DNA of 64,000 bases, taken from positions 769 to 64,768 of the forward strand of contig JAWKZP010000011.1 in NCBI GenBank assembly GCA_041395905.1, written 5' to 3'. Shown piece after piece: positions 37,132-48,061 of this stretch (position 1 is its first letter; every line of letters begins with the position of its first letter). This DNA is from Pseudomonadales bacterium (lineage in GTDB: Bacteria > Pseudomonadota > Gammaproteobacteria > Pseudomonadales > Azotimanducaceae). Position numbers and translations under genes: made by a program. The notes beneath the pieces are model-generated. The model made no database searches and was not told the origin of the DNA. It saw only the letters and a program-made list of their open reading frames with translations.

Positions 37132-38457
37132 TTGAGCAACAGCTACCTGATCAGCAACGCCCGGATCGTCAACGAAGGAACCGTCGTCGAGGGCGACCTG
37201 CTGATCCGCGACGGCCGGATTGCGGGCATCGACCTCCCTGCCCCTGCCGGTGTGAACGTCATCGACGCCGGCGGCGCCTGGCTGCTGCCGGGGATGATCG
37301 ACGACCAGGTGCACTTTCGCGAGCCTGGTCTCGAGCACAAGGGCACCATCGCCACCGAATCCCGGGCCGCCATCGCCGGCGGCATCACCAGCTACATGGA
37401 GATGCCCAACTGCAACCCGCTGACGGTCACCCACGCGGCGCTGCGCGACAAGCACGCGCGCGCGGCCGACCACTCCTGGGCGAACTATGCGTTCTATTTC
37501 GGCGCCACCAACGACAACCTGGAAGCCATCAAGTCCGTCGACCCCTCGCTCACCTGCGGCATCAAGGTGTTCATGGGCGCCAGCACGGGCAACATGCTGG
37601 TGGACAACGAACGCACCCTCGAGGGCATCTTCGCCGGCACCGATCTCATCATTGCCACTCACTGCGAGGACACGCCAACCATTCTGGCCAACGAAGCGGC
37701 CGCCCACGAACGCTTCGGCGACGACATCCCGATCACCGAGCACCCGAGCATCCGTTCTGAAGAAGCCTGCTGGAAATCGTCGTCACTGGCCGTGGCGCTG
37801 GCACGCCGTCATGGCTCACGCCTGCACGTGCTGCATCTGACCACCGCGCGCGAGATGGCGCTGTTCGAGCCGGGCGATCTGGCCGGCAAGCGCATCACCG
37901 CCGAAGCCTGTGTGCACCATCTGTTCTTCGACGACAGCTGGTATCCGGAAAAGGGCCCCTACATAAAGTGCAATCCGGCCATTAAAACCGGCGCGGATCG
38001 CGACGCCCTGCGCGCGGCGGTACGCGAGGGCCGCATCGACGTCATCGCCACGGACCACGCCCCGCACCTGCGCGAAGAGAAGGAGCGGCCCTATTCGAAA
38101 TCTTCGGCAGGCCTGCCGCTGGTGCAGCACGCGCTGCTGTCTCTGTTCGAGCTGCGCCATCAGGGCGTGTTCGACATCGAGACCATCGTGAACAAGACAG
38201 CCCACGCACCGGCACGGATGTTCGGCGTGAAGGAGCGCGGATTCATCCGCGAGGGCTACCACGCGGATCTGGTGCTGATCGACGATACCGCCGTCGCCGA
38301 TCCGCAAGAGATCCACTACAAGTGCGGCTGGAGCCCGTTCGCGGGCATCGACCTGCATGCGCGCGTACGCGCAACCTGGGTCAACGGCCATCTGCGCTAT
38401 CACGACGGCCACCATCTGGAGGGCCCCATGGGCCAGGCGCTCGAGTTTGACCGCTGA
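37132..38457 (+). CDS. Dihydroorotase-like cyclic amidohydrolase (class I, about 440 aa type)
   Basis: TTG start. MIDDQVHFREPGLEHKGTIATESRAAIAGGITSYMEMPN, ...KVFMGASTGNM..., ...VIATDHAPH... The first metal motif reads QxH rather than HxH, as I recall for Bacteroidetes-type PyrC. Confidence 0.8.
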   Translation: MSNSYLISNARIVNEGTVVEGDLLIRDGRIAGIDLPAPAGVNVIDAGGAWLLPGMIDDQVHFREPGLEHKGTIATESRAAIAGGITSYMEMPNCNPLTVTHAALRDKHARAADHSWANYAFYFGATNDNLEAIKSVDPSLTCGIKVFMGASTGNMLVDNERTLEGIFAGTDLIIATHCEDTPTILANEAAAHERFGDDIPITEHPSIRSEEACWKSSSLAVALARRHGSRLHVLHLTTAREMALFEPGDLAGKRITAEACVHHLFFDDSWYPEKGPYIKCNPAIKTGADRDALRAAVREGRIDVIATDHAPHLREEKERPYSKSSAGLPLVQHALLSLFELRHQGVFDIETIVNKTAHAPARMFGVKERGFIREGYHADLVLIDDTAVADPQEIHYKCGWSPFAGIDLHARVRATWVNGHLRYHDGHHLEGPMGQALEFDR

Positions 38458-38511
38458 CGGGTTCGCCCGTTGAGGGTTCGCCCACGGAGGGTTCGCCCGC
38501 CGGGCGGGCAG

Positions 38512-39447
38512 CTACAGGTACTGGCGCGCCATGTCGGACAGCGTGGCGAAGAACTCTTCCTTCACCTCGGCGATGATCTCCGCCACCGGGCGCACAGACT
38601 CGATGCGCCCGCATACCTGGCCGGTGAGCGCGATGCTCGATTCCATGTCGCCGCCGAAGTACAGGTCCAGCGCCCGCCCGAACTCGGTCATGGCGTTGAC
38701 CTCCGGCGTGTCTTCCAGGCGTGCGGTCTTGCCGGTACGCAGGGCTCTGAGTGCCGGCGAGTGCTTTCGGTTGAGAAAGACGGTATCGGTCTCGCGGGCG
38801 TTGACGATGGCGTTCTTCCAGTTCTCGTGCACCGGTGACTCCAGCGCCGACACCATGCGGGTACCCATCTGCACCGCTTCCGCGCCCAGCGCGAACGCCG
38901 CTGCCATGGACCGGCCGTCGACGAACCCACCGGCGGCGATGATGGGCACGTCCACCTTGGAACGAACCAGCGGCAGCAGCACCATGGTGGACACCTCGCG
39001 GGGATTCTTGAAGCCGCCGCCCTCGCCGCCTTCCACCACCAGTCCGTCCACGCCGCATTCCACCGCCTTGAGCGCCGCGGACAGGCTCGGCACCACGTGG
39101 AAAACGGTGAGCCCGGCGTTCTTGAGCTGCTCGGTGTAGCGCTCCGGATTGCCGGCCGAGGTGGTGACGAAGCGCACACCCTGGTCGATGACGAAGTTGA
39201 CGATCTCCGGATCGCGCACGAACGCCTGGGCGATGTTCACTCCGAATGGCTTGTCGGTCAGGGTGCGCATCTTCCTGATCTCGTCCCGGATCGCGTCTAG
39301 CTCCCCGGACGACGTCTCGATGATGCCGAGGCCGCCGGCATTGGATACTGCCGACGCGAGCTGTGAGCGGGCGATCCAGCCCATGGGCGCCTGCACCACG
39401 GGCACCTCGATGCCGAGCAGCTCGGTGATTCGATTTCGGAATTGCAT
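38512..39447 (-). CDS. Nitronate monooxygenase (NMO / 2-nitropropane dioxygenase family)
   Basis: ATG 39447. MQFRNRITELLGIEVPVVQAPMGWIA...NAGGLGII...IAAGGFVDGRS...GAEAVQMGT. Confidence 0.88.
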   Translation of the reverse strand: MQFRNRITELLGIEVPVVQAPMGWIARSQLASAVSNAGGLGIIETSSGELDAIRDEIRKMRTLTDKPFGVNIAQAFVRDPEIVNFVIDQGVRFVTTSAGNPERYTEQLKNAGLTVFHVVPSLSAALKAVECGVDGLVVEGGEGGGFKNPREVSTMVLLPLVRSKVDVPIIAAGGFVDGRSMAAAFALGAEAVQMGTRMVSALESPVHENWKNAIVNARETDTVFLNRKHSPALRALRTGKTARLEDTPEVNAMTEFGRALDLYFGGDMESSIALTGQVCGRIESVRPVAEIIAEVKEEFFATLSDMARQYL

Positions 39448-39508
39448 GACGTGCTCCTGTGCTGTGCCGGGGGCGCCGCCCCTCTCCGGCAAAGCGCAGC
39501 AGCCTAAC

Positions 39509-40333
39509 TCAGCTGCCGGTCGACGTGTAGTGGCGGATGCCCAGGCGCCAGGCACCCAGCGCCAGAGCAAAGAACAGCACGCCTGCCAGCGGTGCGCCCA
39601 CCTGAAAACTGCGGCTCGAGCCGAGCGGATCCTCGATGCCGAAAATCGCGATCGCGGGAAAATAGCTGATGCAGCCGAGCGGCACCACGAAGGTGAAAAA
39701 CCGGCGAAACCAGCGGCGGTAGATGGCCAGCGGGTACTGGGCCGTCTCGGTGCCACCGTAGGTCAGCGTGTTCATGATCTCCAGCGATTCGGTGGCCCAG
39801 AACGACAGCATTGCCTGCAGGATGAACAGCGCGTAGAAGAACAGCACCCCGCCGGCGAAGCTCGCCAGCAGCAGCACGACCTTCCACAATGCCCAGTCCA
39901 GCTGCAGGGTCCAGATGGCCCAGGCAAGTACGGCCAGCCCCTGCAGCAGTCGTCCGACCCGGTGCAGCGTGAACTCGTAGCCGGCCAACTGCAGCACCGT
40001 GGAACGGGGCCGCAACAGCACGCGGTCGAAGTTGCCGGTCTTCACGAATTCCCTGCCGAACACGTCGAACCCGCGCGCCAGCGCCTCAGCAACGGCGAAC
40101 GAGGCGTTGACGAGCCCGTACAGAAACGCCACCTGCGGCAGCTGCCACTCGCCGAGCGCTCCGAATCGCTCGAACAGGGCCCAGATACCGAGCGCCTCGA
40201 CCACGGTAGTCACGAAGCTGCCGAACGCCATGAGCACGAACGACATCCGGTACTGCAGCTGCGCACGTACCGACTGTCCCACCAGCCGCAGATACAAGCC
40301 GAAACCGCCGATAGATGCCGACGCCTCAGCCAC
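39509..40333 (-). CDS. ABC-2 family transporter permease
   Basis: GTG start overlapping the upstream stop. Six hydrophobic segments. Third gene of the ATPase + two-permease triad. Confidence 0.75.
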   Translation of the reverse strand: MAEASASIGGFGLYLRLVGQSVRAQLQYRMSFVLMAFGSFVTTVVEALGIWALFERFGALGEWQLPQVAFLYGLVNASFAVAEALARGFDVFGREFVKTGNFDRVLLRPRSTVLQLAGYEFTLHRVGRLLQGLAVLAWAIWTLQLDWALWKVVLLLASFAGGVLFFYALFILQAMLSFWATESLEIMNTLTYGGTETAQYPLAIYRRWFRRFFTFVVPLGCISYFPAIAIFGIEDPLGSSRSFQVGAPLAGVLFFALALGAWRLGIRHYTSTGS

Positions 40334-41159
40334 CCTGCACCACCAGTCGGGCGCCGGCCCGGCGCAGCAGCCAGTAGCCGTAGGCCACGATCACCAGGGT
40401 CCAGGCCAGCTGCAGAACGATTTCGTACCCTGCCTGCGCAGGCGCGATGTGTCCGCTGTAGATGCGGAACGGCACGTCCGCAAGCCCGCGGAACGGCTGC
40501 CAGTACAGCAGCGGCTGCAGCCAGTCCGGATACAGCGGCAGCGGCACCACCAGGCCGGCAAAGACCGGCACGATGCCGGGCATCATGCGGTTGAGACCCT
40601 CGCCCGACAGCGTCCACAGCAGCCACACGTGCAGCACCATGGTGATTGCGGTGCTGAGCAGCAGCGTGACGCAACCGCTCAGCAGGAACAGCAGACCCGC
40701 GGCGACCCCGGCCGGTGCCGGCAGCGCCCACTCGCCGAGCCCCACGAGCGGCAGCAGCACCGCCGCCGTCACCAGCATCGGCACCATGCGCAGCAGCGTC
40801 GGCGCCGCCCGAAAGGCCAGCGTGCGCGCAAACCAGAAGGCATAGAGATCGAGCGGTCGCAGCATCTCGTAGGCCACGTTTCCGGTTCGGATCTGCCCGG
40901 CCACATCCGGATCGACGTTCCACGGCAGCAGTGCCAGCAGCGCCTGCCCCAGCCAGATGTAAACCAGCACCTGGCTGAGCGTCATGGGCTGCGCCAGCGT
41001 GGTGGACTCGAAGAACGCGATGAACACCATGACCTTGATCGCACCCCAGAACAGCTGGGTAGCGAAGCCGGCGAATGCCGCCGCCCGGTACTGCAGCAGC
41101 AGCTGAAAGCGCGAGGCGACTATGGCGCGATAGGCACGCCAGCGCTGCTCAGGCGACAT
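40326..41159 (-). CDS. ABC-2 family transporter permease
   Basis: ATG 41159 overlaps the ATPase gene end by 11 nt. Polytopic. Confidence 0.75.
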   Translation of the reverse strand: MSPEQRWRAYRAIVASRFQLLLQYRAAAFAGFATQLFWGAIKVMVFIAFFESTTLAQPMTLSQVLVYIWLGQALLALLPWNVDPDVAGQIRTGNVAYEMLRPLDLYAFWFARTLAFRAAPTLLRMVPMLVTAAVLLPLVGLGEWALPAPAGVAAGLLFLLSGCVTLLLSTAITMVLHVWLLWTLSGEGLNRMMPGIVPVFAGLVVPLPLYPDWLQPLLYWQPFRGLADVPFRIYSGHIAPAQAGYEIVLQLAWTLVIVAYGYWLLRRAGARLVVQGG

Positions 41160-42153
41160 CGGAGCCCGCCTGCGGCGCCGCCGGCCGGTCGACGCGATGG
41201 GCCCGGTAGAGGTCCGCGACGATTTCCTCAATGGGCGGGTATTCGATCACCAGATCGCGAACCGCGTAGCGGGCCGTGAGCTCGGCCACGAACTGTGCCA
41301 CCTGGCCGCGCACGTGAAAGCGCACACGCACACCGTCCCGGGCGACTGCGAGGCGCGCATGCGTGTCTTCGAGCTGCGGCGGCTCGGCGAAGTCGACGAG
41401 CACGCGACGCTCGTCGCTGCGCAGCGCATCCACCGTGCCGTCCATGAGCAGCGTGCCGTGATTGATCAGCATGAGCCGCGTGCACAGGGCCTCGATGTCG
41501 TCCATGTCGTGCGTGGTGAGCAGAACCGTCGTGCCGCGCTCGCGATTCTGCCGCGTGATGAACTCGCGCATCGCCAGCTTCGAGACGGCATCCAGACCGA
41601 TGGTGGGCTCGTCGAGAAACAGGATGTCCGGCTGGTGGATCAGCGCCGCGGCCAGGTCGCAGCGCATACGCTGCCCGAGGCTCAGCTGTCGCACCGGCGT
41701 ATCCAGCAGCGACGCCAGATCCAGCAGCGCCACCAGCTCGTCGATGGTGCGGGTGTAAGCCGCGGCCGGCACCCGGTAGATGTCGCGCAGCAGCTCGAAC
41801 GACTCCACCACCGGCAGGTCCCACCAGAGCTGGGTACGCTGCCCGAACACCACGCCGATGCGCCCGACGTGCGCGATCCGGTCCTTCCAGGGCACGCGGC
41901 CGTCGATCTCGCAGCGCCCGCCCGAAGGCGTAAGGATGCCGGAGAGGATCTTGATGGTGGTGGATTTGCCGGCCCCGTTGGGCCCTATGTAGCCCACGAG
42001 TTCCCCGGCCTCGATCGAGAACGACACGCCGTGCAGAGCTTCTACGTCGCGGTAGCGGCGCCGGACCAGCCCGCTCAGGGCACCCCAAACCCCGGCACGG
42101 CGTTCGGCTACCCGGAAGCGCTTTTCGAGGCCATCCACGACGATCTGCGGCAT
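41149..42153 (-). CDS. ABC transporter ATP-binding protein (ABC-2 type) with a C-terminal extra domain
   Basis: ATG 42153. Walker [11 protein letters not shown], signature [15 protein letters not shown], Walker [13 protein letters not shown]. Confidence 0.9.
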   Translation of the reverse strand: MPQIVVDGLEKRFRVAERRAGVWGALSGLVRRRYRDVEALHGVSFSIEAGELVGYIGPNGAGKSTTIKILSGILTPSGGRCEIDGRVPWKDRIAHVGRIGVVFGQRTQLWWDLPVVESFELLRDIYRVPAAAYTRTIDELVALLDLASLLDTPVRQLSLGQRMRCDLAAALIHQPDILFLDEPTIGLDAVSKLAMREFITRQNRERGTTVLLTTHDMDDIEALCTRLMLINHGTLLMDGTVDALRSDERRVLVDFAEPPQLEDTHARLAVARDGVRVRFHVRGQVAQFVAELTARYAVRDLVIEYPPIEEIVADLYRAHRVDRPAAPQAGSDVA

Positions 42154-42339
42154 GAGTCGACCCCGGCGGGCTTGGCGGCGCATTCTATGAAGGGCGCGCT
42201 GCGGTCACAACCGCGTGCCGGCACTACGGCATGCCCCACGTACAAAGCCGCCCCGGAAACCGGTAAAGTCCGGAGCTGGGAGCGGCGCCAGAGAACGCGC
42301 CAACAGCGATCCGCAGACAGCATCAGCCAGGAGGACATC

Positions 42340-43137
42340 ATGGCGCTCGTCGACTACGAGACCCGCGGCCACGTCGCCGTCATCACCCTCAACCGCCCGG
42401 ACGCCCGCAACGCGATCAATCCGGAAGTTGCCGTACGCCTCGCCGACGCCTGGGAGGAAGTGAGAAGCAACGACAGGGTGCGGGTCGCGGTGCTCACCGG
42501 CACCGGCAGCGCCTTCTGCGCAGGCGCCGATCTCGGCCAGCTGATACCCATGATCTCCGGCGCGCGCAAACCCGAGAACGAGTGGGACGAGCGCGTCGCC
42601 GCCGAGCCCGGCATCACTTCGCGGGCGCTGCTGCGCAACTTCGATACCGAGAAGCCCGTGATCGCTGCCATCAACGGCCACGCCATCGCCGGCGGCATGG
42701 AGATCGTGCAGGGCACCGACATCCGCGTGGCCGCCCCGGCTGCGCGGTTCGGCGTGCAGGAGGTCAAGTGGGCCATCTTCCCCGCCGGGGGCTCCACGGT
42801 ACGCCTGCCGGTGCAGCTGCCCTATGCCAAGGCCATGGAGCTGCTGCTCACGGGCGACCTGATCAGCGCCGACGAAGCTCTGCAGCTGGGATTTCTCAAC
42901 TACGTCAGCGACGATTTCCTCGGCAAGGCGATGGAGATTGCAGAGAAGATCGCAGGCAACGGTCCGCTGGCGGTGAAGGCAATCCGCCGTTCGGTGAAGG
43001 AGTGCCTGGGCAAGCCCGAGCAGGAGGCGATGAAGATAGAAAGCCGCATTTCCGGCCCGGTGTTTCAGACCGAGGACGCCAGGGAAGGACCAAAGGCGTT
43101 CATGGAGAAGCGCAAGCCCGAGTACAAGGGCCGGTGA
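42340..43137 (+). CDS. Enoyl-CoA hydratase/isomerase (crotonase) family protein
   Basis: ATG 42340 after AGGAGGA. ...VAVITLNRPDARNAI..., FCAGADL, INGHAIAGGMEI. Confidence 0.9.
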   Translation: MALVDYETRGHVAVITLNRPDARNAINPEVAVRLADAWEEVRSNDRVRVAVLTGTGSAFCAGADLGQLIPMISGARKPENEWDERVAAEPGITSRALLRNFDTEKPVIAAINGHAIAGGMEIVQGTDIRVAAPAARFGVQEVKWAIFPAGGSTVRLPVQLPYAKAMELLLTGDLISADEALQLGFLNYVSDDFLGKAMEIAEKIAGNGPLAVKAIRRSVKECLGKPEQEAMKIESRISGPVFQTEDAREGPKAFMEKRKPEYKGR

Positions 43138-43153
43138 CCGGAGATCCAGCCAT

Positions 43154-43642
43154 ATGCCGCCCGCCAGGCTGCGCGACGCGCGCCCCCAGGATGCCGCCGC
43201 TTTAAGCGATCTCGCCTTCCGGGCCAAGGCCCACTGGGGCTACGACGACGCCTTCATGGCAGCCTGCCGGGCGGAGTTGACCTACGCCCCCGCGGACATC
43301 GACAGGGCGAAATTCCGCGTCGCGGAAATTGGCGGGGAGATCGCAGGCTTCTATGCCCTGGCGGCGAACCCCGACACCTTCGGCACCGATGCGCTGGAGC
43401 TGGATGCGCTGTTCGTCGCGCCGGACGCCATCGGCCGCGGCATCGGCGCGACGCTCATGCGCGCAGCCATCGAGCAGGCAAGTGGGCTGGGCGCGCGTCG
43501 CCTGATGATCCAGGCCGATCCCAACGCCGCCGGGTTCTACGAGCACTGCGGTGCACGTCAGGTCGGCTCACTGGAATCGCTGAGCATTCCGGGGCGTCAG
43601 CTGCCGCTGCTGGAACTCGCGCTGGCAGCGCCAGATGACTAG
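43154..43642 (+). CDS. GNAT-family N-acetyltransferase
   Basis: 162 aa. The acetyl-CoA site pattern ...LFVAPDAIGRGIGATLM... is present. Confidence 0.8.
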   Translation: MPPARLRDARPQDAAALSDLAFRAKAHWGYDDAFMAACRAELTYAPADIDRAKFRVAEIGGEIAGFYALAANPDTFGTDALELDALFVAPDAIGRGIGATLMRAAIEQASGLGARRLMIQADPNAAGFYEHCGARQVGSLESLSIPGRQLPLLELALAAPDD

Positions 43643-44585
43643 GTGGCTGCTGCTGGCTGCTGCCCTGCTGGGTCTGCTGTTCTGGGCCTACGCTGATCGG
43701 CGCGAGCTGTTCATGCGCGGCATGCAGCTGTCGAGGTCCGGTGCGGTGCCGCCGTTGCTGCCGCCGGAGCCGGAAAATGCCGGTACCCGCTGGGTGGACG
43801 ACTACTTCCTGATCGAGCAGGTCGCCGCCGATACCTGGGCCATCGGCGAGCCACGCTATGCCCAGATGAACTTCAACTACCTTATCGTGGGCAGTCAGCG
43901 GGCGCTGCTGTTCGACGCCGGACCCGGGGTACGCGACGTGCGCGCGGTGGCGGAGTCGCTGACCGACCGGCCCATCGTGTTTCTGCCTTCGCACTTTCAC
44001 TACGACCATGTCGGCAACGGCATCTCGTTCAGCGAGATCGCGGTGGTGGACCTGCCCTACGTACGTGCCCGCGCCCGGGGCGATGCGCTGACCCTGACCC
44101 CCATGGAACATCTGGGCGCCGCCGAAGGATTCGATCCGCCCACCTGGAAAGTGAGCCACTGGTGGGCGCCGGGCACCGAGATCGACCTGGGCGGCCGATC
44201 GCTATGGCTGTTGTACACGCCGGGCCACACGACGGATTCCGTGTCGCTGTGGGACCGGAGCAACGGCCTGGTGTTCAGCGGCGACTATCTCTACCCGGGC
44301 AACCTGTACGCGTTTCTGCCGAACTCCAGCGTCGGCGACTACGCGCGCACCGCCGCATCGCTGCTGCGCGAGCTGCCGGCGAGCACGCACTTTCTCGGTG
44401 CCCACCGGCTCGCGGCGCCCGGTCCGCCGACGCTGCAGTGGCAGGATCTGCTGGATCTGCGGGATGGCCTGGAAGGCGTACGTCGGCGCGAGATTCCCGG
44501 CACCGGCACCTATCCGCAGAGCTTCCCGATCAACGAGCACCTGACACTGCTGGCCGAGCCGCGCTGGCTGCAGAACTGGGACTGA
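43635..44585 (+). CDS. MBL-fold metallo-hydrolase with an N-terminal TM/signal segment
   Basis: HxHxDH motif SHFHYDHVGN, and a later TPGHT. Confidence 0.82.
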   Translation: MTRWLLLAAALLGLLFWAYADRRELFMRGMQLSRSGAVPPLLPPEPENAGTRWVDDYFLIEQVAADTWAIGEPRYAQMNFNYLIVGSQRALLFDAGPGVRDVRAVAESLTDRPIVFLPSHFHYDHVGNGISFSEIAVVDLPYVRARARGDALTLTPMEHLGAAEGFDPPTWKVSHWWAPGTEIDLGGRSLWLLYTPGHTTDSVSLWDRSNGLVFSGDYLYPGNLYAFLPNSSVGDYARTAASLLRELPASTHFLGAHRLAAPGPPTLQWQDLLDLRDGLEGVRRREIPGTGTYPQSFPINEHLTLLAEPRWLQNWD

Positions 44586-44597
44586 ACCCGCCCCGGG

Positions 44598-45362
44598 TCA
44601 GCGCGGTGCGAATCGCTGACCCGCGTCTACCCGCACCGTGGAGCCGTTCATCATGGCGCTCTCGAATATGGCGATGGCCATGATGGCGTACTCGTCCGGG
44701 CGCCCCATACGGCGCGGAAACGCCGCATCCTTGGTGAGCTGAACCGCACCGGCTTCGGGTATACCGCGGGTGAGGCCGGTATCGAACAGGCTCGGAGCGA
44801 TGGTCATGACGCGGATGCCCAGCGCGCCGAGATCGCGTGCCATGGTCAGGGTCATGCCGGCAATCCCCGCCTTTGCTGCCGTGTATGCCACCTGGCCGAT
44901 CTGCCCCTCGAAGGCGGCGATCGAGGCCGTGTTGATCATTACCCCGCGCTCGCCGTCGGCATTGGGTTCGTTGCCGCTCATGTGCCTGGCGACGATGCGG
45001 TTGATGTTGAACGAGGCAATCAGGTTCAGATCGATGATGCGTTGAAAGTCTTCCAGCGGGTGCATGTCGCCCTCGCGGGAAAGCGTCCGTCTGGCCACGC
45101 CCCCGCCCGCGGTATTGACCATGAAGTGCACGCCGCCCAGCGCCTGCACCGCTTCCGCGATGACCTGCTCCATACCCGCGTGGTCCATGACGTTGCAGGG
45201 ATGAAACGTGCCGCCCAGACCGGCGGCCACGCTCGCGCCGTCGGAGCGCTCCAGGTCGAGTATCGCGACCTTGCCGCCCCCCGCCACGAACCGCTCTGCG
45301 GTCGCGCGGCACATGCCCGATGCACCGCCCACCATGATGGCCCTGCTGCCCTCGATCTGCAT
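44598..45362 (-). CDS. SDR-family oxidoreductase (3-hydroxyacyl-CoA dehydrogenase-like)
   Basis: ATG 45362. The cofactor motif is GGASGMC, with NTAG, and catalytic Y-x3-K in YTAAKAG. Confidence 0.88.
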   Translation of the reverse strand: MQIEGSRAIMVGGASGMCRATAERFVAGGGKVAILDLERSDGASVAAGLGGTFHPCNVMDHAGMEQVIAEAVQALGGVHFMVNTAGGGVARRTLSREGDMHPLEDFQRIIDLNLIASFNINRIVARHMSGNEPNADGERGVMINTASIAAFEGQIGQVAYTAAKAGIAGMTLTMARDLGALGIRVMTIAPSLFDTGLTRGIPEAGAVQLTKDAAFPRRMGRPDEYAIMAIAIFESAMMNGSTVRVDAGQRFAPR

Positions 45363-45505
45363 GTCTGCTCCCTCTTCTGCCCGTGAATGCCGTCGCGCAC
45401 CATGATAGCGGCACCGGGAGCGACGCGACACGCGCCGCCGTTCAGGCTCCGTGCCGGCGCCGCTGAGGTATAGTCGCGCGTTTCGCGATCACGATCGACC
45501 CAACC

Positions 45506-46705
45506 ATGCGCTGGCTGCTGCTGCTCGGCCTCTGGCTGTGCTACTTCTCTTTCGGGGCCATCATCGCGTCCCTGGCGCCGTTGGTGCCCGTGATTCAGGC
45601 CGACCTCGAGCTTTCGCACGCCGCCATGGGCAGCATCATGGGCGCCTGGCAGCTGGTCTACATCGTCGCGGCCATACCCGGGGGCATGCTGCTGGACCGG
45701 CTCGGCGCGCGCGCGGCGCTCCTCGCGGGCGTAGCGCTGGTCGCGGCGTCCGCGCTCGGACGCGCTTTTGCCGTGGACTACTGGTCCATGCTGCTCGCGG
45801 TCATGCTGTTCGGTGCAGGCGGGCCGATCATCTCTTCAGGAGCACCCAAGCTGGTGACCGAGATCTTCGAGGGCAGCAGCCGCGGCCTCGCCATGGGCAT
45901 CTACATGACCGGACCGACCCTCGGTGGCGTCGCGGCCCTGACGCTCACACACCCCGTGCTGATGCCGCTGCTGCACGGCGACTGGCGCGCGGTGCTGCTG
46001 GTCTGGGCATTGCTGGCGGTGCTGGCCGGCGCCGTCTGGTGGGCGATCGCCACCTACGCGGCACGGCGGCTGCCGGGCTTCGACCAGTCGCGCGAGTCGG
46101 TGTCGGCGACCCAGGGGAGCGCGCCGATCCGGTCGATCCTGCAGCTGGGATCGGTACGGCTGGTACTGGCCATGAGCGTCGGCGTGTTCCTGATCAATCA
46201 CGGCCTGAGCAACTGGCTGCCGGAGATGCTACGCACCGGCGGCATGAGTGCCACGGCAGCCGGCAACTGGGCCGCGCTGCCCATGCTCGTCGGCGCCATC
46301 GGATCGCTGATCATTCCGCGCCTGGCCACGCCGTCCAGGCGCTTCCGGATCCTGACGCTGCTGTGTCTCTCCACCGCGGTGGCCAGCGCCGCGCTGACCG
46401 TGGTGAACCCGGCCGTTCTCTCGGTCGCCCTGGTTCTGCAGGGTCTGGTGCGGGCATCGCTGATGACCGTGCTGATCCTCACGCTCATGGAGCTGCCGGG
46501 TCTCGACCCCCGTCATGCGGGCACGGCGAGCGGCCTGTTCTTCTCCGCCGCTCAGGTCGGGGGTGTGCTCGGTCCTGTGGGCCTGGGCTGGTTGTACGAC
46601 CTGACGGGCAGCTTCGATCCCGGGCTCTACGCGCTCACCGCCGTCGCCGTCGCGATGCTGCTCGGAACGTTGCGGCTCGGCGCCCAGGTGCGCAACGCCG
46701 CGTAG
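45506..46705 (+). CDS. MFS transporter (CynX/NimT-like)
   Basis: 399 aa with a 12-TM pattern. Confidence 0.8.
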   Translation: MRWLLLLGLWLCYFSFGAIIASLAPLVPVIQADLELSHAAMGSIMGAWQLVYIVAAIPGGMLLDRLGARAALLAGVALVAASALGRAFAVDYWSMLLAVMLFGAGGPIISSGAPKLVTEIFEGSSRGLAMGIYMTGPTLGGVAALTLTHPVLMPLLHGDWRAVLLVWALLAVLAGAVWWAIATYAARRLPGFDQSRESVSATQGSAPIRSILQLGSVRLVLAMSVGVFLINHGLSNWLPEMLRTGGMSATAAGNWAALPMLVGAIGSLIIPRLATPSRRFRILTLLCLSTAVASAALTVVNPAVLSVALVLQGLVRASLMTVLILTLMELPGLDPRHAGTASGLFFSAAQVGGVLGPVGLGWLYDLTGSFDPGLYALTAVAVAMLLGTLRLGAQVRNAA

Positions 46706-46711
46706 CGGTCG

Positions 46712-48061
46712 TCACCACAGTCGCACGGCCGCCCAGCGCCGCTGGCGCCAGAGCGTGGTGAGGACCACGGCATTGAGCGCGCGGAAGGCGAACTGGTGCA
46801 CCAGCCAGACACCGAGAAGCCCGAACCCAAGGTGCACGCCCGCGAGATAGGCGCCCGGCAGCAGCACCAGGTACTGGGTCGCCAGGTTCACGTACAGCAC
46901 GCGCTTCACGTCCCCGGCTCCATACAGCAGGCTCGCGAACAGGTAACCGAGCCCATTGATGCCGATCATGAGGCCGAGCACCCGGCACGGCCACACGGCA
47001 ACGGCCAGGGCACCGGCATCATGGATGAACAGCGCCAGTATCCACTCGGGAGCGACCCAGAACGGCACCCCGAGCAGGATCATGGCGAGCGTGCCGACCC
47101 GTACCACGTCCCAGGCCCAGCGGTCTGCGGCGTCCGGGTCCCCTGCGCCCATGGCCTGCCCTACCAGCGTGGCGCCGGCCATGCCCAGGCCCCAGGCAGG
47201 CAGACCCACCGCGCCCACCAGGTTCACCAGAACCGTGTAGCCGGCCACTTCCACCGTGCCGATGAGCGCGACGATGCGGAACATGAGCGTCAGCGCCAGG
47301 TTCTCCAGAAACTGCTGGGACCCGGCCGGCACCAGCAGGCGCAGTACGATCCGCGATTGGCTCCGCGTCGGCCCGCGCAAGAAGCCGGGCGCGTGGCGCC
47401 ACGCGCTCGCGGCATGGTAGAGCGATCCGGCCAGCGCCGCGGCGCAGGTGGACATGCCCGCGCCTTCGACCCCGTACGCGGGCACCGCTCCCCAGCCGAA
47501 CATCAGCATGTAGTTGAGCGGCAGCTTGACCACCGCCTGCAGCAGCACGACGCGCAGATACAGCCGGGGCCGGTCGGTGGCGTTCCAGAAGCCCATGAAG
47601 GCGTTGTTCAGGGTCAGGAACACGCCCGCGGCGAACGACCAGCGCAGATACGGCGACCCGACCGCCGTCACTGCCGGGTCGTCGTTCATGAGCTGCAGCA
47701 GCCCGGTGGCATAGGACCCGAGCACCACCGCGCCCAGGGGCGCGGCAATCAGCACGATCAACAGCGCCGAGCGCAGAAAACGTTCCACGTCCTCGCAATG
47801 CGCCTCACCGCGGGCGCTCTGCTCGCCCACCAGTCGTGCGGTGCTCGCCTGCACCGCTACGGTGACCCCGCCGAACAGCGACAGGTACGAGAAGGTGACG
47901 AAGACGCAGATGCCCACTGCAGCCAGAGCGGTGGTCCCCAGATAGCCGACGAACACCACGTCCATCAGCTCCAGCAGGGTGTAAGTGGACATGCCGCCCA
48001 TGATCGGCAGCCCGAGACGCAGAATGCGGCCTGAGCGATCAGCGTCCGGTAACAGCCTCAT
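46712..48061 (-). CDS. MATE-family efflux transporter
   Basis: ATG 48061 (MRLLPDADRSGRILRLGLPIMGGMSTYTLLELMDVVFVGYLG), 12 TM helices. Confidence 0.85.
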   Translation of the reverse strand: MRLLPDADRSGRILRLGLPIMGGMSTYTLLELMDVVFVGYLGTTALAAVGICVFVTFSYLSLFGGVTVAVQASTARLVGEQSARGEAHCEDVERFLRSALLIVLIAAPLGAVVLGSYATGLLQLMNDDPAVTAVGSPYLRWSFAAGVFLTLNNAFMGFWNATDRPRLYLRVVLLQAVVKLPLNYMLMFGWGAVPAYGVEGAGMSTCAAALAGSLYHAASAWRHAPGFLRGPTRSQSRIVLRLLVPAGSQQFLENLALTLMFRIVALIGTVEVAGYTVLVNLVGAVGLPAWGLGMAGATLVGQAMGAGDPDAADRWAWDVVRVGTLAMILLGVPFWVAPEWILALFIHDAGALAVAVWPCRVLGLMIGINGLGYLFASLLYGAGDVKRVLYVNLATQYLVLLPGAYLAGVHLGFGLLGVWLVHQFAFRALNAVVLTTLWRQRRWAAVRLW

